64,000 bases of DNA, from NCBI GenBank assembly GCA_040954595.2, contig CM082588.2, forward strand, positions 7,279,947-7,343,946, in the 5' to 3' direction. The notes beneath the pieces were generated by a model. That model was not told where the DNA came from and searched no databases. It was given only the letters and a program-made list of their open reading frames with translations. Shown piece by piece: positions 50,289 through 63,899 of the stretch; position 1 is the stretch's first letter; every line of letters starts with the position of its first letter. Origin of the DNA: Balanoglossus misakiensis. Lineage: Eukaryota; Animalia; Hemichordata. The translations under genes were made by a program, and so were the position numbers.

Positions 50289-53200
50289 TTAATTCATCTT
50301 GTGCCAATTAAGTTTGCCATATGACATTCAAGCTTAATAGTGCAAATGGGTTTCGGCAAGTTTTCTACCCTGGCAGTTTCACGAATCTGAGTTTACTTTA
50401 TTTCCGCTGGTACCGTAAAGAGGCCCTTCACATTTTTTACGACAGGTCTGTCCTATAACCTTTTTACAAGGAGTACCGTACCTTTGATTTAACTGAGTTA
50501 CCAAACAACAAACTATTAAACTGGTACACATACATATCATTAAAGCAATTTATGTATGCAGAACGTATTTCTCCGTTTCTCTCAACCAACCAACCAACCA
50601 ACCCACCAATCAATCAAGCTGCCAATACATGTACTACATTTTTGGTACCTTTATTTGATTCATGCACAATCCTTACAAGTTTATTGAAAACTACAACTAT
50701 GCTGTAGAAATGTTTAAATATGAAAAAGTACAAATCTGAAAACCTCTTCCATGAGGGGAAAAAAACTAAAATATATTATATATTTTTATTGTACAACTGT
50801 GTGCAAGGAATTTGTTCATGCAATCATTCCATGCTGATGTTCAAATACAATGTTTTTGTGCAGAATAACATCTAAAATATTAATTTGACACTCAGAACAT
50901 CCCAAATTATAAGGAAAATAAAAATGTCCAGCTCAAAATTTATGCTGACAAGACTTAGTTGTTTGAGTTTTGGTGCTACTTTGGTAGTAGCTCTGTAAAT
51001 CTCCATCAATTTTCATGCAACTAATGATCATCTCCTAATGAGATTTACTCAGGCATTGATGAAATTATGACCCCCCCCCCCCTCCTGCAACTTATTAGAC
51101 AACAGACAACCACCAATTCAAAACAGGTAATGGGTAGACAGCATGCAACACAGCAGTCAACGAGCGACCTACTAACCTCCTTTCTATAGAAAGCCTGTTG
51201 ACATCACACAAATGTAGACTGATGTAATGCTACACGCTGCAGAATAGCAATGCAAATAGTTTTGTGACTTGCATGGACAATTTGTTCTGCATTGAAAACA
51301 GCTTGTCACAGCTGTATATGAGATTGCCTTATATACTACCCCCACTGCTGTAGTAATTTGCTTAGAAAATTTTTGTCATGATTTGAGTGGTCGTGAATTG
51401 TAGCCTAATGTTTTAGACTAATCATCAATATGCAGGATGTTCAGACAATAAAATCACTTTTTTTAAAGTCAGTACTAGTAAATGTTGACATATCTTCTCT
51501 GCAATCATACATTCTTGATGGCAAGAATTGCGATTTACTCGGTGTTTTTTTTACCAGCTTCAACTACTTGAAAATGAAACAAACTTCTGTTGCAAATTTT
51601 GAAACAATTTCCTGAATAATTTCAATAATGCGATATTCAAAATCATGGTCGCCACTTATTGCTGAGAAAACAAAAAATAGCAAGGGTTTATTTTCATCAT
51701 CATGTAAATTATACAAAGGTATAACCATCTCAAGCCAGTAACATCCATAGTCTGCATTTGAGGATTTTTATAATGTGTAATATCATAGTGATTAACATTT
51801 CTGAAACTGCTCAGTCTGTTTCCATTTCACTTTTATAAAAATTTAAAAGCATTCTTGCCATGCATGGCAAATAAAAATCAAGTAATTTGAACAAGGACAT
51901 CCATATTGGAGAATAAAATATATATGGAAGGAAGTTTTTTGCATTTTATGCAAAATGTCAGTGACTGAATAAATGATGAACAGAAAAGGCTGCCTTCGTG
52001 GATTTTCATTACTGTTTCAGTCAGTCGACCTAGATAATCAAATTTTATTTTCCAAAATCCGAAACATGAGAAATCTAGAGCTTTCATTCATGAGGTTCTG
52101 TTGCTGCCAGCCCGGGATATCGAAAGAGTGTATAACAATAATGAAATAATGGAACCTGCAGGTCATACAGAGGTCACAGGAGCTAGAAAGGTCACAAAGT
52201 TCACACGGCCATCAGCTGACCACTTGAAATGGTCAAATTATGGGTTGCTGGAATTCCAAATGACAACTTTGGCTGTGCTTGACCCCGTATTCTACTTGCC
52301 TGAGTATTTATATGTACGCGACATTAAAACTAGCTTAAAACACCAATGGAAGGTATAGATTTACAAAAAATTATGCACTCAAGCAAAACACCTCGGATAT
52401 AGTACAGACTAAAAAGATAAAAAAACGCAATAGTCCACAACCAATGACTGATCTCCAATAAAAAATATATCATCACTATGCCCTGTATTTCTTGATGAAT
52501 TTATTGATTTGTCAATCTTGGTGTTTCTGAAGGGCCATGAATTAGGCCACTAGGCTGTAACTGTTGAACATTCCTAGCACACAAAACATTTCAAGTACAT
52601 ACGTGTGGATGAGAAAACAGTATGCAAATACACGCTTATTTACTACATGTCAGCAAGGTGATTAATACTGCCCTCTATAGAATGCCTGGGGTTGTACTAG
52701 TAAACAACATTCATTGCAGGCCTGGGGTTGGATTAACAGATTTACCGACATATTTATGATTTCATATATCTGCAGCGAATGTAAACCTATGTATTCCAGA
52801 TAGCTTCAATCATTCCTTTCATTTTTTTCAAAGGTTTCACAAATTCAGCTTTACTTTTGATCACAATTATTAAAACGTGCAACATTCTGCCTTCATTAAA
52901 AATATCTGGATACAAACAGGTGTTTTTTATTTGCTGTTGTGAACATACCGAAATTAAAACATTAAATTAAAATATAAAATTAAATTATTCTGAAAACTAC
53001 TTCAAAAAAGATTTTTTCTGAAAATATGTACTTGGGTTTGAAATAACAATGTACAGCCTGGGCCATATTGCAAAGGTCAATTGGATATTTTGTGCACTAT
53101 AAGCGAGTTCAGTCAAAAGCTTTGAAAGAGAGTGATAGTGTAATGTAAAGGTCACACAAAATTCAGTGTTTATGTTAGAGTTGTAAAAATATTACAAAAA

Positions 53201-54049
53201 ATTCCAACAACTGTTTCACGGGTCATTTTAAAGTTGACACAAATTTTAAAAACAAGATCTTCAAATTATATCTACAAGGTGCCATGTTACCAAAAGCTGA
53301 GCTTCAGAAAAAAACTAGTCAACGACAAAATTGAAAAGTATTGAATTTCTGGTGCATAGAAAAATGACACAATTAGAAATGAATAAATTGTATTGCTTGA
53401 TATTTCGATGGTATCCTGGTTACTGTGTCAATCAGACAAAAATGTCACCACATTCACCTTGCGATGAAACTTGCTTAACCATCAAGATATTTGTCATCTA
53501 TTTTGGGTTTCTTTTATAGCCAATCTCAGATTGATGTTCACACTATTATCTGAGTCAGTGGGAATTTCATCTGCAAGATCTGATACAAACTGTGGTTTAG
53601 TTCCGGTAAGCAATGATTTCAGAGCAATTGAGACAATAATAAAGTTAGTATTTTACAAGTCATTCCCCACTTGGTATTTTGTTCCTATATGATAATGGTT
53701 CACTCAATCAGGAATTACTTAAATCGCTTAATTTACAAATGTCATAATTCGTAATTTTTTTATAAGTAATGTATAATCGGAGGATTTTAAATCAAGGAAG
53801 AAATGGTACATTAACAGTGTACCAATAAACAAAAGGTTGAATGAATATTAGAAATAACATTTGAAGTTTACAAAATACGGAAGATATGTATCTGTTTTGT
53901 AATGGCTTCAAGCTATTTATTATGAAGTCGATGGGTGGGCGTGACTGTTCTTTGAACCATAACATAACGGGCTGTGCACACCAAAATGTCTCTCGCATAC
54001 AGAAACGGGAAACTTCTCAGGAGAACGCCACTACAACATGATACCTAAT

Positions 54050-55585
54050 CTAGTGGTTTGGTATAAGTTCGTAGGTGCTCAGGGGTTTGACGAAGTGGTA
54101 GTCAGACACGCCGCAGTGGGGACACTTGACGACCTGGGAGTACTCGCTGAAATAGTTCATCATCCCTTGTCGTATATCCACAATGGGCCGGCTACAATGA
54201 TTGCACGCCACTCGATTGGGACAACACGGTCTGGCTGCAAATATATCATACTTGTACATGGTGCCTAGCTGGTGGTGACTGCCATCCCATCGCGACTTGC
54301 AACTCTTACATAGAATATTTTGACCCCCGGCAAGACAGTTGACACACACAGCGCCTAGGTACATGGTTTTGTTTTCCGAGTACACTTGCATGCATCCGTC
54401 ATTGTGTCGCTGGGGCGTGAGGAAAAATGTACCGTCGATGAGGGGATATTTGTCAAAAACTAGTAAATGTTGCCCACATAGTGTACATATCATGAAACTG
54501 GTTGTGTAGTTGCTAAGGGTGCTTAGTATAACGGCTCGTATATCGTCGTTGTCGTCGTCCATTCGGATGTGGTAGGGGTTGAGTTTGTGGCTGGGCAGCG
54601 CGTTCTTGAAGGATGTGAAGTCGATCCGTCGTAGGAGGTGGACGTTTGGTTTCACTGGGAAACTGGATCCGTTGATGTTGTTCGGGAGTACAATATTGGT
54701 TATGGAGTTCACGTTTGTAGCGGACGCTGATGATGACAGAGATGAATTTGGTGCAGCGGACGTGAACCTTTGCACGTTTCCGTTGTTGTTGTTGTTCGGT
54801 GTCAGAGGACTTCCTAGTGTACGGATCGCTGTAGTGTCTCCGCTGAAACTGTCGCCGCTGGCCAGCCTCTTGCGACAGAACTCGCCGTTCTCGAAGGCAT
54901 TTCCACCTTGATGGGAATGATTTCCGTTCCCGCTGATGGGGAACTCGAATTTCGAGTGGCTGGTTTTGCGATGGACGCCCCGTGGGGACGATGCGTAGTC
55001 TGCGCTGCCCGGTGGGCTGTGGTTTTCCGTTGAGGATGTGGATCCTTGTCGCTGGAGTTTGCCGTTGCCTGGTGACGGCAAGGGGGCCAGGGGTTTCATG
55101 TTGATGCTGGGTCGGTCCCCCGACTTCTTCTTCTTTCGTGGTTTCTTCGGTGCTTCGTCTGGATTTCTCGGGGGGATCCAGTCGAGGTCTTTGCGCAAGT
55201 GGCCCTTGCCACACTGACATGAACATGCCTTCCATGCCAGGTCGTACCCTTTCTTTGTCCACAGATTCTGTCGCCTCTGCTTTTCAGACCAGCTCCTGGC
55301 CCGGCCGGAGGACCGCAGAAACGTGAGCACCTCGTCCTCCCACACATTGAAACATTCCCGGTGCATGAACTCACCATTGGTACAATCTGGGTTGTTGCAG
55401 ACCACTTTGGCGACGTCGATCGGATCGTGTATGTCCACGGGTTCATTATTCAACAGGCATCCGTTGGGCGCACAACAACTCACCCCCGTCGTGTTTTCCT
55501 CTGCTTCGTCGTCTCTGCTGCCCTCCAGCTGCTCTCGGAATTGCTGGGTCTTTATCTTAGCCCTCTCCTTCTTCGTGTACGGCAT
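54050..55585 (-). CDS. HECA: Headcase protein homolog, intronless CDS
   Basis: Headcase N-terminal domain (CCAP..C, MHRECF..WE, GRARSWSEKQRRQNLWTKKGYDLA.KAC.C.CGKGHLRKDLDW) and C-terminal Cys-rich domain (LPSHKLNPYHIRMDD, VFDKYPLIDGTFFLTP, WDGSHHQLGTMYKYDIFAARPCC, FSEYSQ..CPHCG..DYHFVKPL). ATG at 55585. Confidence 0.96.
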   Translation of the reverse strand: MPYTKKERAKIKTQQFREQLEGSRDDEAEENTTGVSCCAPNGCLLNNEPVDIHDPIDVAKVVCNNPDCTNGEFMHRECFNVWEDEVLTFLRSSGRARSWSEKQRRQNLWTKKGYDLAWKACSCQCGKGHLRKDLDWIPPRNPDEAPKKPRKKKKSGDRPSINMKPLAPLPSPGNGKLQRQGSTSSTENHSPPGSADYASSPRGVHRKTSHSKFEFPISGNGNHSHQGGNAFENGEFCRKRLASGDSFSGDTTAIRTLGSPLTPNNNNNGNVQRFTSAAPNSSLSSSASATNVNSITNIVLPNNINGSSFPVKPNVHLLRRIDFTSFKNALPSHKLNPYHIRMDDDNDDIRAVILSTLSNYTTSFMICTLCGQHLLVFDKYPLIDGTFFLTPQRHNDGCMQVYSENKTMYLGAVCVNCLAGGQNILCKSCKSRWDGSHHQLGTMYKYDIFAARPCCPNRVACNHCSRPIVDIRQGMMNYFSEYSQVVKCPHCGVSDYHFVKPLSTYELIPNH

Positions 55586-55689
55586 ATTTAGAGCAAGAAC
55601 ACTCCTGTTTTCTGTGAGATTTCGCTCGGTAGCAGTACAGTACAACTACAACGTTGTTGTTGTCTTGAGTTGTGTTTTTTTCCTGAACT

Positions 55690-55845
55690 CGAAAAGGGGG
55701 CGTGGTCGGCACCTGGAAATGTTGTCATTCTCCCATCAACGATGAAGTAATCAGTTCTGATTGGCCACTTTACTAAAAACGAACCTTTTAACTCATCTCT
55801 GATTTTGCCAAAATGTCAATTTCGTCAGAGCTGATTGGACGGGTG
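55690..55845 (-). promoter_or_regulatory. HECA proximal promoter (GC/KLF box and two CCAAT boxes)
   Basis: GGGGCGTGGT near 55697; CTGATTGG near 55757 and 55831, i.e. CCAAT on the gene strand, 100-250 bp upstream of the ATG. Confidence 0.45.
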
Positions 55846-58149
55846 ATCAGACTCTCTAGGATTGTACTTATTTTTAACACGGCTCTGACGCGTACGTACG
55901 TACGCGTTGAAATACGTGTAAAATGTTGTCGATATGGACAGTAATCGACAAGGTTGTAATCGACTAAACGATTACCAACTAACAGTGTGTACGTGTGTGA
56001 TTAACGAACACGGGACGACAATTACATGATTGCAGAATTGAAACCTAATCGGTGGTGCCTCTATACATTATGTAATATTCATCAAATTTTATTTCCGAAG
56101 TTCCGTTTTACCTAGCTCGACGCGCACCCAACCAAACCATTTCAAAATATTACATCTTATGCGGTTACAATCGGCACCACAGTCCATTTTATTGCCCGGG
56201 CCTATGTCACTCTTCGCCCTGTGCCCAAAAATAGACATATACAACAATAACTGCACTTGTTTACTGCTGATGGTAAATATAGGTAATCATGGCATCGGCG
56301 CGACGTGCCTGTTTGAATTGCAAGATTGGCTGAAAATTGGCACTCTGCCAAATGATGTCCACATTTAGCATGTAGTGAACAACAGCAGGTTTTCAATTGG
56401 AATATTCCAGAGCGCTATTTTCATCATGTATGCTGTATGGTATAGTCATGCAGGCAATGTGATATCTGCGGCGAATAGTTGACGAAATTGACAAGTGACC
56501 TGAATTCTATTGTGTAGTATATTACGTGAAATTTACATATAGCGTCGCGTCTATTGCAGTTATCTAGTTACAAAACACACTTACACTACACTTACACGTA
56601 CACGTAATATGTAAACACAGCAGTAGTAAGTAGGTCACACCCTAGGGGACTCACACCTATCCCGATACCAAAACATTGAACAACAGGAAATATTAAGACA
56701 ACTCATTAGGTCCGTATCTGAGATTGTTGCAGGTCTGTAAAAGCAAATCGCATAAGGATAATCTCAGCCTAAATTTACACACTCGAAATTCACCTGCCAG
56801 ATCCCTAACGTGGTCAGACCCACGAATGCCCGGGGTTAAATGATTATATGGGTATGACCTATTTCCACTGTTGTAAATGGGTCACGTTTCGATAACAATG
56901 TCTGTTATAGTTAGGGGTTGACCATTCTATATCCTGGTTAGGTCTTGAAGATTTTTGAAATATTAAACTGGTTCGTATTTAGCCTACGAATTACAGTACG
57001 TTTAGGAATATCAATTTTCTAAAAGAGAAATTTCATAAATTTAAGTTTATGAAGAGAAATCGATAAAGGATCCGTTGGGAGACAGACAAAATCAGCCTTT
57101 CAGACATGCAAAAGTCCGGTTGAAAGGCACCCCCCCCCCCGATATGGCGGTGATAAATTTGCATAACAACGCAAATAACTGTTATGTCAATGAGTTTCTA
57201 TTGGTTTCCCAATATTATGAATATCTGTGCTAATTAATTCTTTTAACTTATCTTTGCTGGAATTAACTTTATGTTGTGTAGAATTCATTTTACTTGTGTG
57301 TCTCGAATTAATTTTGGCCGAACACCCACAGTCCTATGCGCTCACATTAAATTATTAAGGAAATTTCTTCAAATGCCTTCAGCCTAGTGCAAAAAGTTGG
57401 GTGACATTACGAACATTTCCAACGCTTGGTGGCGACATTTACAATTCTCGAACAGACCTCAATCTCTTTGCCAACCAGGTGCAATCTGTCTGGGCGTCTT
57501 TTCAATATATATTTAAATTTTGTGAACAGGCGTGTTGAATTAGGTCAGTGCCCGGGTCAACGTAAATTGGAGCGTCTACGTTGCACATCTGTTCCAAGAG
57601 TGTATAGCCTAGTTGACCAATCACAAGCGCTGTGGTCTACCTGTTTGGGTTGTTAGGATAGTAACTGACCAATCAGAATTGTCGGGTCGGAATAATTAAT
57701 TAGCCAAACAGGGACCGTGAGTGACCTCAATTGCATGTCGTGTATGCTATCGTGCGCACTGAAATTTATATTTTAGCTGAGATGTAGAAATTCTTATCAA
57801 CAATATTGAATTAAAAAATACACAATGAAGTCACATATGCGTCAATGAACACTCGATGCTCATAAAATATAGTTGCTTGCAACAGAAGGACAACAAGTGC
57901 AATTTCTCTCTTTGACAAATTCACTTTGTCATATTTATTTACATAATTACATTCACACATAATGTTTGTCCACACAGTGAACAGTTTTCAATACCACCTG
58001 GCTAGAAATGCCAGGCAAAGCACAAATCTCAAAAATTTCCTGTTTTATTTTATTTCATCCTCAACTGGAATTCAGACAGGCGATGTGTATCGCCATCATT
58101 CTGGAAGTTTGCTTTTAATGCACAAATTGTACCTGCACCTGGAATAGCA

Positions 58150-58241
58150 TTAACCCTTTCACCACCATGGTTCAGTCCAAACCCATTGTTTTCTATGGTG
58201 AAGTTGGACCTCTTCACACAATAATGGGGTGAGAGGGTAAA
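58150..58241 (+). mobile_element. piggyBac-like MITE (family A)
   Basis: TTAA-CCCTTTCACCACCATGGTTCAGTCCAAACCC...GGTGAGAGGG. Confidence 0.8.
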
Positions 58242-59103
58242 GCAATGAAATCACCTCTAACAAAGATATTATTACCAAGGTCATACTAATACTAAATCAA
58301 ATCCAATAATTCCTGCCAATTTGGAGGAAAACTTTTATAAAAATGCAACATACAAGAACATCAGTAATGCATGCATGTATTATAGACTGTAGCCATACCA
58401 TAAGTCTGTCTAAATAGCATTATTCTGCTTATAGAATTTTTCCAACAGATATCTCATAGACAATGCCTCAGCCATACCATTAGTCAGACTGACCGAAGAG
58501 CAATATATGGTCATCCCATATAATTTTCACATCACATTCCCTACAATAACGATAAATCAATTATCAAAAAAAATTTATAACTAAACCAAAATATAATTCA
58601 TTTGTTTTTCAACCTTTGTTTCTCAATTTTTCAACATTGGTAAAAAGATTTTTAAATAATAAATTAGGGGATGGAAATATTCAATGCAATGTGCATTTCA
58701 TTTGTTTGTTATTTGATTTGTGTTGCCATGACAACAGTAGGGGTTGATCACTAAACCTGAAATGAAAGAATCTCTTCAAAAAAGTGGATTTCTGAATTCT
58801 GATTGAAATATGGAAAAAAGATGGGCAGTGAAAGTCAGAGCATAAACTCCACACAAGCATTTTGGTCAAAATTTCAAATGGCTAAAAAAAATTCCATTCT
58901 TGCATTCCACAAATGACCAATTTGCGTGCAGGAAATATTATTACATGACGAACACTTCGATCAGTGCTCTGTTGTAAAACTGAAGATTAAATTAACGTTT
59001 TTAAAAATCTTGAGGTTGTGTCAAATTGTGTGTATGTTGACAGGCTGTACGATTATTTTTCATTGACACTTTATGATGGGTGTTTTACTTTGCTCTAAGT
59101 AAA

Positions 59104-59303
59104 TACTGTAAAACGGGAAATATTTGCTAACAATAAATTTTCACGAACTATATGGGAGAAAATGAAAAAAAGTGGCATAACAATGTTTTTCGGTGATAAC
59201 AAAGCAGTGAAATACGAGAACGCGAAAATTAACCCTTGCGTAACAGTTGCCTCTTTTGATATCGCGAAAATTTCTTGTCGTGAAAATTTTCCGATTTACA
59301 GTA
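59104..59303. mobile_element. Tc1/mariner-like MITE (family B), opposite orientation
   Basis: TA-CTGTAAAACGG...CCGATTTACAG-TA; internal AACAGTTGCCTC is the reverse complement of GAGGCAACTGTT in the 3896 copy. Confidence 0.75.
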
Positions 59304-61190
59304 TACCATTATTTTATACACACATCACAAGGTAAATGCAATCCATCATTTTCTGAGTACACAGTCAATTTTTGTGTACATGCATATGTGTACACACATC
59401 ACCATTTTCTATATGAAATTACCATTATTTTCTGTTGACATATTTCATTCTGATTCAACTCCCAATGTTATTTCTGGTCTTGCTGGCAATGTTCAAGAGC
59501 TACAAAAATATTCCAAGTGAAATGTTACCATACTTTGGCTGAGAATGATACAGCATATTCCGACTCAAAATTTCTATAAAAATAAAATCCTCTACACTTT
59601 TCTTTACATTTCTATATCCAGCACAAATCCTCTTTGCTTTTTTTTTCTAATTTCTTGTCATGTCACATTAAACATGGAATGGACATGCTCATTGGTGGTG
59701 TACAAATGAGTATTCAAATGAAAACGTGAAGTTTGCATCAGAATCATATTCATTTCTGAATAATGTTAGCTTGTTGTACAAACTGAACAAACTGTAAGAT
59801 GTACACATATGATATGGCAAAGTTTCTTCCCCACTTAGAGAATTCATAATTTCAAACGAGAAGCAAGTTAGTTAAAATAGAGAAATTAACTGTAGATTGC
59901 TGATTATGTATTTATCATGAAGGCAATAGACATGCTATCAAGCATTAGTTTGCTGCAAATGAAACAACTTATAGAAGACTATTTTGCTCCTTAACTTTAC
60001 ATTCATTTCACTGTATTCTTTGATCCCAGAACCACATAACAGATGGCACACCTTTCTCTGTCTAGTACAAACACTCCCTGTTCTAACAAATGGTACGACC
60101 CGTACCCATGAAACATGTCAGCTGGTAAACTGGTATGATCCACTCTGAGAGAAAAAAAGGGAGAACCCCACAGGACATTTTATTCTATCCCTGAAGTCTA
60201 GTAATTGAAAATCAAATCATGCTTTGTTCAAACATGACATGTTTGACCAACCTGATAATTTGGGGCACATTGACAGATAAATTAACAAAAACCAAAAAGA
60301 TGACCAAACTTAATTTATATTTCAATGTCAGTTTGTCAAGACAAAATCCAAGTTGACAATGAAAAAAAACATCAACACAATATTGAAGCACACATATCGA
60401 TATAAGACTGAAGACATCACATGGAAATTAATACATTGTTTTTTCTCTCCAACTGAATAAATACAAACATTTCAGCAAACTACACATATGAGCGACAAAT
60501 AGGCATATTTTTATAACTTAAAAAAATTCATATGTAAATATTTCAAACAAAACTTTTAATCTTTTGTTTTCGCTAGAACCATTTAAACTATGCATTTATT
60601 CTTTACAATATGTATTAAATCGTAACAAAATCTACATATAATTTAAATAAGCATATTTAACTGCAGCAGATGCTAGTTATCGCATAACTAAGCTGATTCA
60701 CTACATTCAGTCCAACCGGTGTTAGAAGCCACCTCAGCAGTATGGAAACTTGACTATAGTGGCCATTTTGAGCTTGTTTCCTGACATGCATTGACTGACT
60801 GACTAAGATGCCACCAGTCTATAAAGGCCAGTTTTTTATGATCCCTGCTATCATTATATTCTCAGTTAATTATATATATATATATATCTTCAAGAAAATT
60901 AAGTTTGGTCAAATCTCACTGTTGTGCACAGAGTGGTTGGACCACTTGACAGAGAAATAGGGGTGGTAGCGTGAAAAAACTAGCAATGATGTGATTAGAC
61001 AGCTCTACCATCGGCGATACTCAAAATAAAGTTCACATAACGATTTGATTCAAGGCAAAACCACATTCTCAAATTAAGCAGTATCACTGAATCATAGAGA
61101 ACAACATGCACGTTGGTTCTGCAGTAAAAATATATAAAAGTAAAAAAACACCTGTTTTTGATATGAGCTGAAATTAAAGGATAATTGAAA

Positions 61191-63635
61191 TCATAGCTTT
61201 TTGTCTTCGTCACTGGTGGGTGGAATAATGAAGTCTACACTGGTTGGGTTGGTGTTGTTACCTGCTGTGGTAGTCACAGGAACACTGGAAAGACTCAAGC
61301 CTAATGCTGTGTTGATGATATTGTTTGAGGTGATCGTTTGTGTCTGATTGCCGGACGCCTCCTGGCTTTGTAAAAGGTTGGCCAGGACGTCGTTGGAAAT
61401 GGTTTCGTAGTCGGCGCCGGGAAACGCCGCGGCGGTGGTGGTGGTTGTTGCAATTGTCTTGATGGACTCGTCAGTACTGGAGGATTCTTTGCCGTCCGGC
61501 TGGGTTTCTTCCAGCTTGCACGGAAACACGTCTGTCTCGTCGGACTGCGTCGCTGGTTCCGCCGCGCCGCTGTACTGCGCCTGGGCGATGTCGTCGGCCG
61601 TCGGTTGCTGCTGCTGCTGCTGCTGCTGCTGTGACACCTCCTGCGCGCTGACCGCGTGCACGGGCAGGAAGTCCTGCACGTTGACGCTGGTCGGCGCCAC
61701 CAGCAGCTGGGCGGGGGCCTGCACTATGCTGGCCGTCAGGGGCTGCGTCACCCCCGGGGTCAGCTGCGCCACCACCTGCGTCTGGGGCTGCGTCAGCGTG
61801 TCCGGCAGGTTGGCCTGGATGATGAATTGCTGTCCGTCGGCGTTTTGCACCAGGAGAGTGGCGGGAGTTGATTGGATGGTGGTGGTCGCCGGGGTAACAC
61901 TGGTGTCTACGGTTGCGCTGGAAACGGTTGTGCTTAGATTTATGCCTGCAATCAACATCAAGGAGACCATCAGCATTCAAAATGTCTACTGAGCTGACTG
62001 GACTGCTTCATTCGATATTAAGTGGCTAAAATCAAAATTCACATGTTGACAGGTCCTTTGATATAGTGTAACCACTTTACTGTGCATATTACAAGACCAC
62101 CTTCAGGTCAACAAGATAACTAGCCCACTTATACTGGGTAAAAAGTCCACAACTCACTGTACAGTAAGAGATAGACGAAATAAAAATCGGCCATCTTGAA
62201 ATTGTGTCGATTTTTATCACTCACTTAGGTAGCAAAACCCTATATAAGGTAGGGAGACTTGAGGGACTATACAGTACTCAGAAGACCCTACTTACCCACT
62301 AAACTAGCCATTGTAGTTTCAATGGGCCCAGCATCTGCAGCAGCAGACGTGGAAGTAACTGTCGTGGCTGCGTTGCTGTCCGTCTGCTGCACCACATACA
62401 TTCCAGTCAGCAGCTGTTCTGCGTTGTTCACGGAGGTGGCCTGTTCATACAAGCCCTGACAGTTCTGTGGAAGAAACAAACCCAGTCAAAAAAATGACGT
62501 TCTCAATATCACGTCTGTCATTTACTCATGTTTGAAAGTTAGACTGTATTTGGACTTTGAAATTATTTTTAATGTAAGGAGATCGTGAACAGCACACCAT
62601 GGTGACCCCAGGAAAGAAAATCAACCAAACTTTTGAAATTTAACAAGATCTGGGTGCAAGCCTCCCCATTGTGTGGTTGTGAAGAAGCAAAGAATTGGCC
62701 ATTTCAATAACATAAAACTGGTATTCTAACAGAGTAAACCCAGTTACACTGAAACTCGATAGAACATTGGAAATTTCACTATCTTTTGTTTAGATCTGGC
62801 TATATACATGTGCTAGATGTACAAGACTGTCTCTTTCAGAATAAATATATTTCAATAAAATCAAAAGGGACTGATGTTATTATGTGTATTATTCAGTCAT
62901 TCCAATTGTACAAAGATATGTCCTCCGTGTTGGACCAAAATAAGTTTAAATAATTTTTCTATTTATTTATTTATTGAATTTAATCAAATTGTTTAAATGG
63001 GGCTGGGTACACTTGTACAGTGCATGTTGGAAGTACATGTTTACCATCAACCATGTGACTGTACGATTCTATTTTTAGGCAATGACTACTACATTTTCAC
63101 TTTCAGTTCATGTCTATTTTTTAGTACAAGGAGGGTATTTATAGAATTCCCAAATACCATAGTGTCTTTTGTGATATCAAAAATACATGTATGGTTTGAG
63201 AAATGTGTAAAACATGGCAGACTTTGCTTGTCCATACAGAACATGGTTGTATTTTGTGAGCAATGTTTACAACACTGACACAAACATGGTCCAGATCACT
63301 GACTGTTTTATTGGCGCATGTATGTTTAACCCTTCCACCCCCGTTTCTTAATACAGAGGTCCAACTGTACCATAGGAAACAATGGATTTGGGCAGAACCA
63401 TTGCGGTGGAAGGGTTAAGAAGAATGAATGGGACGGTATGAAAACAGGGATGACCAGTCAGAGATTTCATGAGACTCACCAGTGCCGGCTGTAATATTTG
63501 GTTTGTGGTCGTAAGCAGGACCCTGTTAGCCATGCTGCTTTCGTAGCTGGGTAAGGCCTCCAGAGAAGACGATTCATTGCTTTGGAGACTGGCCACCTGT
63601 TGCTGTTCTGAATTCTCACAACTGTCTCCATTTTT
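61191..63635 (-). CDS. 3' exons of an unidentified Gln/Thr/Ala-rich protein (activation-domain-like); gene continues beyond the window
   Basis: Exons (minus) 63635-63480, 62464-62296, 61945-61191 join in phases 0 and 1 with canonical sites. Low complexity with poly-Q and LLVQNADGQQFIIQ. No diagnostic domain inside the window. Confidence 0.8.
61605..61631 (-). repeat. (CAG)n poly-glutamine tract
   Basis: Run of TGC on the + strand encoding QQQQQQQQQ in the terminal exon. Confidence 0.85.
63326..63418 (-). mobile_element. piggyBac-like MITE (family A variant)
   Basis: TTAA-CCCTTCCACC...GGTGGAAGGG-TTAA; both TIRs carry the same variant base. Confidence 0.8.
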
Positions 63636-63664
63636 CTGCAATGATAGAAAGTTTCTATGTTACA

Positions 63665-63899
63665 GATGTACGATCAGTAAAATTGAAAGTATTTTCATTT
63701 CTTTTAATTGTTGATTTTTGGATTTTCCTCTGTATGTATAATGAAAATCCGTAAAAAAATCTAGGTGTCACCGTGCTTGTTTTCGAAAAACAAGGCCGCG
63801 AATTTAGTCAATAATTGAAGAAAACTGCTGAGTCAGCATTTTTCACCAATGGTTTGCCTATGGGTGAAATATTTAGTGAAGTTTATCTCAAAATACAGA
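63665..63899. mobile_element. Truncated inverted copy of the 47603-48018 element
   Basis: Aligns by eye to the reverse complement of ~47790-48012 (CAGTAAAATTGAAAGTATT, TATGTATAATGAAAATCC, TCAGCATTTTT.ACCAATGGTTTG.CTATGGG). Confidence 0.75.

Noticed and set aside
54014-54052. Stop-codon readthrough as in Drosophila headcase
   Set aside because: There is no internal stop between the two domains, and reading through the TAG adds only about 11 codons without a readthrough-type context.
54038-55745. Overlapping ORFs of 249, 140, 116 and 110 aa
   Set aside because: Alternative-frame or antisense shadows of the GC-rich HECA CDS.
61435-61992. Plus-strand 185 aa poly-Cys ORF and minus-strand 169 aa poly-Ala ORF
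   Set aside because: Other frames of the CAG repeat exon; the splice phase supports only the poly-Q frame.
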